Program-made: the position numbers and the translations under genes
NCBI GenBank assembly: GCA_002269645.1
Contig: NIVC01001363.1
Location: 62,001 to 126,000, forward strand
Direction: 5' to 3'
DNA length: 64,000 nt
Origin: Macrostomum lignano
Lineage: Eukaryota
Shown here: positions 11,701 through 22,000 of the stretch, one piece after another
Layout of the letters: every line of letters begins with the position of its first letter
Position numbering within the stretch: the stretch's first letter is position 1
Notes under the pieces: model-generated
What the model was told of the DNA's origin: nothing
What the model saw: the letters and a program-made list of their open reading frames with translations, nothing else
Database searches by the model: none

Positions 11701-14700
11701 AGGGATTGTACTTTAGAGGATCGGGAAGGGATTGTACTTTAGAGGATCGGGAAGGGATTGTACTTTAGAGGATCGGGAAAGGATTGTACTTTAGAAGATA
11801 GGGAAAGGATTGTACTTTAGAGGATCGGTAAGGGATTGTACTTTAGAGGATCGGGAAGGGATTGTACTTTAGAGGATCGGGAAGGGATTGTACTTTAGAG
11901 GATCGGGAAGGGATTGTACTTTAGAGGATCGGGAAGGGATTGTACTTTAGAGGATCGGGAAAGGATTGTACTTTAGAGGATCGGGAAAGGATTGTACTTT
12001 AGAAGATAGGGAAAGGATTGTACTTTAGAGGATCGGGAAGGGATTGTACTTTAGAGGATCGGGAAAGGATTGTACTTTAGAAGATAGGGAAAGGATTGTA
12101 CTTAAGAGGATCGGGAAGGGATTGTACTTTAGAGGATCGGGAAGGGATTGTACTTTAGAGGATCGGGAAAGGATTGTACTTTAGAAGATAGGGAAAGGAT
12201 TGTACTTAAGAGGATCGGGAAGGGATTGTACTTTAGAGGATCGGGAAGGGATTGTACTTTAGAGGATCGGGAAGGGATTGTACTTTAGAGGATCGGGAAG
12301 GGATTGTACTTTAGAGGATCGGGAAGGGATTGTACTTTAGAGGATCGGGAAAGGATTGTACTTTAGAAGATAGGGAAAGGATTGTACTTTAGAAGATAGG
12401 GAAAGGATTGTACTTTAGAGGATCGGGAAGGGATTGTACTTTAGAGGATCGGGAAAGGATTGTACTTTAGAAGATAGGGAAAGGATTGTACTTAAGAGGA
12501 TCGGGAAGGGATTGTACTTTAGAGGATCGGGAAGGGATTGTACTTTAGAGGATCGGGAAAGGATTGTACTTTAGAAGATAGGGAAAGGATTGTACTTAAG
12601 AGGATCGGGAAGGGATTGTACTTTAGAGGATCGGGAAAGGATTGTACTTTAGGGGAACTAGACACAAGTCAGAGTCTCACCAATGGTATCTGTACTCTTG
12701 ACCATTTCGGTTGCCAAAGCTGTACCGATAAAACCGAATTTCAGATAACTGCAGTGCCAATCAAGATTATGAAAGTTGATAAATTTAGATTTGGTCGATC
12801 AGCATTCAGTGATAATCAGAAAGCAACTCACAAAGGCATCATGTTGTTGGCCAGGTGGAACGGCCACTGAAGGAATGCTGCTGGTAGAACTGTAATTTGT
12901 TTTTTAAGTAGAGAGAGCTGAGTTTAAATTTTGCAATTGATGAGGCAGAGTTGAGATGTGATTGCAAACGTGTGAGATTGAGATCGGTGAGATTGAGATC
13001 GTGTGAGATTGAGATCAGGTAGAATGAGATTGAGTGAGATTGAGATCGGGTGAGATTGAGATCAGGTGAGATTGAGATCGGGTGTGATTGAGATCGGGTG
13101 AGATTGAGATCGGGTGAGATTGAGATCGGGTGCGATTGAGATCGGGTGAGATTGAGATCGGGTGAGATTGAGATCGGGTGAGATTGAGATCGGGTGAGAT
13201 TGAGATCGGGTGAGATTGAGATCGGGTGAGATTCAGATCAGTGAGACTGGGATCGGGTGAGATTGAGATCGGGTGATATTGAGATCGGATGAGATTGAGA
13301 TCGGGTGAGAAACGATACAATACATAGGATGAGACTAGATCGATATATCCTGGATAGAAACCCCCGATGACTCACCCACTGTATTCTCAGCATATCTGTA
13401 ACTGGGATACACAGTCGTAATGTCCACAGTTTCTCTGCAATAAATATCAGATAAAAATAGAAAGAAAAATTTTGTGAGGCTACAAAATGTAGTGCACAGC
13501 AATATAACTGCTCAGGCATACTCAAAAATGCTCTGGCTGTCCATGTCGATGCTCTGCCTCAGCCGGCGCTGCAACAGACTCGTCAGATTGACAACCATGC
13601 TGAGAACCGAGCTTGATGGGCTGACATTCCACTGAGCACGTTGTCCGGGGGTTGGGTGATTGGTTAGCTGTTGCTAAAATGCTCATTTTTATTAACTAGA
13701 AATATAGTATTGGTGTGCCAATCTTAGAACGCTGGAACTTAAGCAGCTCCTTGGAGGTTTATGCATCAACATTTTGGTAGTTTAAGCACCTGGGTAGTTT
13801 AAGCACCTGGGTAGTTTAAGCACCTTGGTAGTTTAAGCACCTTGGTAGTTTAAGCACCTTGGTAGCTTAAGCACCTTGGTAGTTTAAGCACCTGGGTAGT
13901 TTAAGCACCTTGGTAGTTTAAGCACCTTGGTAGTTTAAGCACCTGGGTAGTTTAAGCACCTTGGTAGTTTAAGCACCTTGGTAGTTTAAGCACCTGGGTA
14001 GTTTAAGCACCTTGGTAGTTTAAGCACCTTGGTAGTTTAAGCACCTTGGTAGTTTAAGCACCTTGGTAGTTTAAGCACCTTGGTAGTTTAAGCACCTTGG
14101 TAGTTTAAGGACCTTGGTAGTTTAGGCACCTTGGTAGTTTAGGCACCTTGGTAGTTTAAGCACCTTGGTAGTTTAAGCACCTTGGTAGTTTAAGCACCTT
14201 GGTAGTTTAAGCACCTTGGTAGTTTAAGCACCTTGGTAGTTTAAGCACCTTGGTAGTTTAAGGACCTTGGTAGTTTAGGCACCTTGGTAGTTTAGGCACC
14301 TTGGTAGTTTAAGCACCTTGGTAGTTTAAGCACCTTGGTAGTTTAAGCACCTTGGTAGTTTAAGCACCTGGGTAGCTTAAGGATTTGAGAAGTTTAACGC
14401 AAACAAGTAACCAGGGTAGTTCAAGTGCCAGAGAAGATGGAAGGACTGAACAAATAATTAAATCACTCACTTCCGAGAAATACCGATTGAGGAAGTCTTC
14501 AGCCATTTGAGTCTTGCTGAAGCCAATTAAGAATCGCATTTTGTTAATCTGAAGTAAGATTTATGTGGGGAATTATTTGAAATTCTGGACATAAATTAGA
14601 AAATTTGGACATGAATTTGGATAGCTCACTTTGTCTGTTATTTTCTCAATCACCTGAGGATTCAGATTGCTTCGATTTCTAGCAATATTCACGAATGCCT

Positions 14701-17700
14701 TCCTGAGATACGGCACGATTGTGCTCGATATCTGAAATTAGGGGAATTCAAAGGCTTGACTTATTCATTTCCAAAGCCACTGGAAGGTACACCTAAAATA
14801 TTAGTGAAAGAACGCTAACATCTTCAAAAAAGCACTGAAGCTACAGAAACCAGAAAGCAGCGGAAACTTCAACAGAAACAGAAGAAGAAATAACCATGGC
14901 AAAAAACTACAAAAGCTGTGAAAGCCTGATAATAAGTAATAGGAAGAAACAGAAATTAAAAAATCAGAATTGGAGTAACAAGAGGAACAGAAAAAGACAG
15001 CAGCAGAAAGCAACAAAAGCAGCAGAAAGCAACAAACGCAGCAGAAAGCAACAAAAGCAGCAGAAAGCAACAAAAGCAGCAGAAAGCAACAAACGCAGCA
15101 GAAAGCAACAAACGCAACAGAAAGCAACAAACGCAGCAGAAAGCAACAAAAGCAGCAGAAAGCAACAAAAGCAGCAGAAAGCAACAAAAGCAGCAGAAAG
15201 CAACAAAAGCAGCAGAAAGCAACAAACGCAGCAGAAAGCAACAAACGCAGCAGAAAGCAACAAAAGCAGCAGAAAGCAACAAAAGCAGCAGAAAGCAACG
15301 GAGCGAGCAGTAAGGCCTCACCAGCTCCAGCCGCAGGCGGTGCCCCAGCTCCTTATGGTAGGCGGCGTTCAAGCCGGGCCCGGTCAGCAGGCGCAGGCAG
15401 GGCAGCCAGAACTCCTCAGCCAGTTCCTGGCCCAGCCTGCGCGCCCGGTACGCCTGCAGGTGGCGCCTCGATGGCGCCGAGTAGAACGGCGCGAACTTGT
15501 AGATGACGCAGAACTCCAGAAATTTTCTCAAATCGCTGTTTTGGTAGGTAAGAAGCGGCTCTTTCTTGTTACTCTACGAGTATATACTCTATACTAAAAG
15601 TACTCGATACTCTTGTACTCTCTCAACTCACACCGTCTCAAAATTGATTCTCATTTCATCTCACCCCATCTCATCCCTTCTCATCCCATCTCATCCTGTC
15701 TCATCCCATATCATCCTGTCTCATCCCTTCTCATCCCATCTCATCCTGTCTCATCCTATATCATCCTGTCTCATCCCTTCTCATCCCATATCATCCTGTG
15801 TCATCCCTTCGCATCCCATCTCATTCTGTCTCATCCCATATCATCCTGTCTCATCCCTTCTCATCCCATCTCATCCTGTCTCATCCTATATCATCCTGTC
15901 TCATCCCATATCATCCTGTCTCATCCCTTCTCATCCCATCTCATCCTGTCTCATCCCATATCATCCTGTCTCATCCCTTCTCATCCCATCTCATCCTGTC
16001 TCATCCCATATCATCCTGTCTCATCCCTTCTCATCCCATCTCATCCTGTCTCATCCCATATCATCCTGTGTCATCCCATATCATCCTGTGTCATCCCTTC
16101 GCATCCCATCTCATTCTGTCTCATCCCATATCATCCTGTCTCATCCCTTCTCATCCCATCTCATCCTGTCTCATCCCATATCATCCTGTGTCATCCCTTC
16201 GCATCCCATCTCATTCTGTCTCATCCCATATCATCCTGTGTCATCCCTTCGCATCCCATCTCATTCTGTCTCATCCCATATCATCCTGTCTCATCCCTTC
16301 TCATCCCATCTCATCCTGTCTCATCCTATATCACCCTGTCTCATCCCACATCATCCTGTCTCATCCCATCTTATCCCATCTCATCCTGTCTCATCCCATC
16401 TTATCCCAATTAATCCCGTCTCATCCCACCCCATTTCCTCCCATCTCATCCCATCTCATTCCATCCCATCCCATCTCATCCCATCTATCTTATCACATCT
16501 CATCCCAACGCATCCCGTCTCATTCCATCCCATCCCATCTCATCCCATTTATCTGATCACATCTCATCCCATCTATCTGATAAGATCTCATCCCATCCTT
16601 TCTCATCGTATCCCATCTAATCTCATCCAATCTACCAGTAATACCGTCCCATCCTCATCTCCATCTCGTCCTATCTCTACGGCCGCAGTGTGTTGAGCCA
16701 AGCAAAGGGATAATAAATAAGCGATGTGAAAACAGGAAACCAAACAGAAGCCTGCCAAACACATCAGATCTCTGGCAGGGAAAGAGCCGGCACCACCCCT
16801 TAGCCTAACCTGGAATAAGAGAAAAGCGCCAGCCCCCAAAAAACAAGAAGATTCTGCTTGCAAGCTTGAAGAAGAATTCTGCAATTCAATCGAGATTGGC
16901 AGGTTGCGAAACATGGCGATGGTTCAGTCATGGATTACTAAAACTGAGTCGTCTGGAAGTAGAAACCCACTCTGACCAGCTGCCAAGTATTCCCCATCCT
17001 AATACAGGCAGATTTAATATTAATAATATTAAGCATTCCAATAAAATAATTGTTTGCTTCGCTGTTCGCCCGCCGGCCCTCCAAGTATAGGAAAAATTTG
17101 CTCTCCAGATACTAAATCTAGAAGTCCACGGTTCCAGAACTGCTTCCGCAATAATGATGATGAACGAAGTCTTTCACAAAAAAGTTTAAGCCAAGTTCTG
17201 CCCTGGGTAAACATGTAGAGGCTGGGTGAACAGCAGCTGCCCTCTCTGTACCCTCCCTGCACTCGCATGCTGGGACTGCATTTGACCAAATTGGAAATTA
17301 AATGAGCGCTGCCGGATGCCCTGTTGGAGTCTGCGCGAGAAAGCAAGAGAGAGTAGGGAGTGACCGGCTGTTTTTTGCCTTCTATTGTTTCCTAAACTTT
17401 CGGCAAACCAAATTGGACTTTTCTGATCGATTGCGCGCTGCTGTGGCTGCCGATATGTTGCGATTTATAACTTCACTGGGGAAAGTTTTTTGACATACCC
17501 GTAATTAGTTCTCATTAGCTAATTAAAGAACAGACTAGTGAAGACAGACAGGGAGAAATAGTCTAGGAAAGACAGGCTAGGAGAGACAGGCAAGGAAAGA
17601 CAGGCTAGGAAAGACAGGCTAGGAGAGACAGTCTAGGAGAGACAGGCTAGGAAAGACAGGCTAGGAGAGACAGGCTAGGAGAGACAGGCAAGGAAAGACA

Positions 17701-18905
17701 GGCTAGGAGAGACAGTCTAGGAGAGACAGGCTAGGAAAGACAGGCTAGGAGAGACAGGCTAAGAGAGACAGGCTAGGAAAGACAGGCTAGGAGAGACAGG
17801 CTAGGAGAGACAGGCTCGGAGAGACAGGCTAGGAAAGACAGGCTAGGAGAGACAGGCTAGGAGAGACAGGCAAGGAAAGACAGGCTAGGAGAGACAGGCT
17901 AGGAGAGACAGGCAAGGAAAGACAGGCTAGGAGAGACAGGCAAGGAAAGACAGGCTAGGAGAGACAGGCTAGGGGAGACAGGCAAGGAAAGACAGGCTCG
18001 GAGAGACAGGCAAGGAAAGACAGGCTAGGAGAGACAGGCTAGGGGAGACAGGCAAGGAAAGACAGGCAAGGAAAGACAGGCTAGGAGAGACAGGCTAGGA
18101 GAGACAGGCTAGGAGAGACAGGCTAGGGGAGACAGGCAAGGAAAGACAGGCAAGGAAAGACAGGCAAGGAAAGACAGGCTAGGAGAGACAGGCTAGGAGA
18201 GACAGGCTAGGAGAGACAGGCAAGGAAAGACAGGCAAGGAAAGACAGGCAAGGAAAGACAGGCTAGGAAAGACAGGCAAGGAAAGACAGGCAAGGAAAGA
18301 CAGGCTAGGAGAGACAGGCAAGGAAAGACAGGCAAGGAAAGACAGGCAAGGAAAAACAGGCTAGGAGAGATAAACAGGAAGAGCAAGATAAACAGGAATA
18401 TTTTATCCATTGCTGAAAAATTGAAGAATATCGCTGCCATACTGATAGCAAATCAGAACTCCACGTGTACGAGGGTGTTATGGAGTGAGAAAATGCTGAC
18501 AAAACTGGAAGGACTATGAGCGATCCAGGGAATGGGGCTTAATCTTGTTTATTATGGGACAGAAATTAAAACTGGATGAATGAAAACTTAATGGAAACTG
18601 GCATGCCGCCCCGTGACCGGCCATGGTACCTCATCTAGCAACCCGATTGACCCGCTTACTCATCTCTGAGCCGCTTCATCAGGTAGCCCAGGCTCTGTAA
18701 GTAGTTTAAATTGCCAACCGCCACAGTGACTTCATCCACCTTGGCCTCCTGGTTGCCGTGCAGGAAGTACGCGATCAGCTCATCGTACTGAATCTGCGGG
18801 CGCGAGCGGGCCTGTCTGTCTGTCTGTCTTAGTGTCTGTCTGTCTGTGTGTCTGTCTGTCTGTCTGCCTGTCTGTCTGTCTGTCTGCCTGTCTGTCTGTC
18901 TGTCT

Positions 18906-18951
<46 letters not shown>

Positions 18952-19014
18952 CCTGTCTGTCTGTCTGTCTGTCTTGTCTGTCTGTCTGTTTGTCCTAGTG
19001 TCTGTTTGTCTTAG

Positions 19015-19046
<32 letters not shown>

Positions 19047-22000
19047 AGAGTGTTTGCCAGCAAATCACTGCCATAATTCTGTTTACCCCTCCGGTACTAT
19101 CAGATAATTCAGCCTATCCAGCATGTTTGAGTTGCATTACATTTCAATAAGGCACCTCAGCTGCCACTGGAGTGTGCATATCCAACATGTTTGACAAGCG
19201 CACCTGCCGGGAGATCTCCGGCAATTCACCATCGCGCATTAAACTGTCACAGTGTTTGCTGAACTGTTTGATTTCAGTTCCGCGCAACATGCAACTCCGT
19301 TTTCCAGTTGCCATGGGAAATAGTAGAACAACTTGAGTTCCATCTCTTCTTTTACATACAGTCATTAAAAATAGCATTTTCTGCTCAAATTTTATTCCCC
19401 ATTTTGCTCAAATCTGATCCTCACACTTGTCCTCAAAACAGACCCCACTCTGATCTCCATACTCTGATCCCCACTCTGATCCTCACTCTGATCCTCACTC
19501 TGATCCCCACTCTGATCCCCAATCTGATCCCCAATCTGATCCCCACTCTGATCCCCACTCTCATCCCCACTCTCATCCCCAATCTGATCCCCACTCTGAT
19601 CCCCACTCTGATCCCCACTCTCATCCCCACTCTCATCCCCAATCTGATCCCCACTCTGATCCCCACTCTCATCCCCACTCTCATCCCCAATCTGATCCCC
19701 AATCTGATCCCCACTCTGATCCCCACTCTCATCCCCACTCTCATCCCCAATCTGATCCCCAATCTGATCCCCACTCTGATCCCCACTCTCATCCCCACTC
19801 TCATCCCCAATCTGATCCCCACTCTGATCCCCACTCTGATCGCCAATCTGATCCTCATTCTGATCCCCACTCTGATCCCCACTCTGATCCCCACTCTGAT
19901 CCCCACTCTCATCCCCACTCTCATCCCCAATCTGATCCCCAATCTGATCCCCACTCTGATCCCCACTCTCATCCCCACTCTCATCCCCAATCTGATCCCC
20001 ACTCTGATCCCCACTCTCATCCCCACTCTCATCCCCACTCTCATCCCCAATCTGATCCCCACTCTGATCCCCACTCTGATCGCCAATCTGATCCTCATTC
20101 TGATCCCCACTCTGATCCCCACTCAATGATGACTTTAAAATTCGTAGATTTCAGGATTTGCTCCTTAAAAATTGTGCTCGAAGGATTTTAAAGGAAAAAT
20201 CTTTTTTAGCGTAAACTTCGAACTGCTTCCGCCATTGAGCACATGGCGCTCGAGCGTACCAGCGACCCGTCCAGCAGCTGCCTCAGCTCGGACACAGTGA
20301 GGTTCACGGCCCTGAGCTGAGGCTGGGTCTTGAACTCATGATTTGCTGGCAGGCTGATTTCGGTCAGCTCGTTGAGTACGGTGAGCACGCTGTCCGCGTA
20401 GTTCCGGCCAACGCTCTTGCCCAGGTGTCCGAGATCGTCCACCATGGTGGTTACCAGCTGGAGAAGCCCGGCTCGATCGTCTGGGTTCGCAGCAGTGGCC
20501 GCTTCCTGAAGCTCGGGCTCGCTGAACTCATCGAGCTGCAGGATCAGATTGGGGATCAGATTGGGGATCAGTGTGGGGATCAGGGGATCAGAGTGAGATC
20601 AGAATGAGGACCAGAGTGGGATCAGAGTGGGATCAGAGTGGGGATCAGAGTGGGGATCAGAGTGGGATCAGAGTGAGATCAGAGTGAGGATCAGATTGGG
20701 GATCAGATTGGGGATCAGAGTGGGGATCAGAGTGGGGATCAGAGTGGGATCAGAGTGAGATCAGAGTGAGGATCAGAATGAGGATCAGAGTGGGGATCAG
20801 AGTGAGATCAGAGTGAGGATCAGAATGAGGACCAGAGTGGGGATCAGAGTGGGGATCAGAATGAGGATCAGAGTGGGATCAGAGTGGGGGTCAGAATGAG
20901 GATCAGAGTGGGATCAGAGTGGGGATCAGAATGAGGATCAGAGAGTGGGATCAGAGTGGGGATCTGGGGATTAGAGTGGGATCAGAATGAGGACCAGAGT
21001 GGGATCAGAGTGAGATCAGTGTGGGGATCAGAGTGGGGAGATTGGATTCTTACCTTGCTGAGTACATTAGCTTGTCCTATTTGGTCAGCCAACTCTGAAA
21101 AAACCCAGTGCGGACACCCCACAGACCATGGGATTATTGCCACTTCCCCTCTTTGCATTCGCAGCTGCATTGGCGGCTGGACATCAAACGGTGGATGGCT
21201 GATGCCTAATATATGAAAAAAATGGTCGGGCCACTTCTCTTCATCTCTGTCCCTCTCTGTCTCTCTCACTTACCAGCAAAATCTGCGCCCCGGACCTCCA
21301 CGGGGAGGCCACCACGCTCAGCTGGAGCAGGGCGCCCACGCCTTGGTCAACTTGCATGCAGATGATCCGGTCAGCTGCGGTGTGGGGGTTGGGGGAGCGA
21401 GGGGTTTGCCTGTGGGTAGCCTAATAGTGGCATGGCAATTAGCTCCATTGTTTATTTATTGGCCTGAACAGGCAATGCTTGCTTGATTTATGACTTGCTA
21501 ATTTTTAATTGTGAGCTGGGATTAACGCAGTTGGCATTGGGATTCTTAGATAACGAATCTTAGATTTAAAGATTTTGGGATTTCATTTGGGATTCTTGTA
21601 TTTTGTCTTTGTATTTTGAGGATTTGTCCGGGATTTTGAGGATTTTGTCCGGGATTTTGAGGCTTTTGTTCGAGATTTTTTGGATTTTGTCCGAGGTTTT
21701 GGGATTTTGTCCGAGGTTTTGGGATTTTGTCCGAGGTTTTGGGATTTTGTCTGAGGTTTTGGGATTTTGTCCGAGGTTTTGGGATTTTGTCCGAGGTTTT
21801 GGGATTTTGTCCGAGGTTTTGGGATTTTGTCCGAGGTTTTGGGATTTTGTCGGGATTTTGAAGATTTTGTCCGGGATTTTTTGGATTTTGTCCGAGGTTT
21901 TGGAATTTTTTCCGATGTTTTGGGATTTTGTCCGGGATTTTGAGGATTTTGTCCGGGATTTTGAGGATTTGTCCGGGATTTTGAGGATTTTGTCCGGGAT

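Noticed and set aside
16830-17500. Short open frames in M13 intron 4 (also 19050-19400, 26127-26531)
   Set aside because: No motifs and no consistent splice chain; could be decayed elements.
19381-21060. The inverted arrays around M13 exon 3 as a foldback transposon
   Set aside because: No matching termini or TSD at the outer ends, and the enclosed exon is collinear host sequence.
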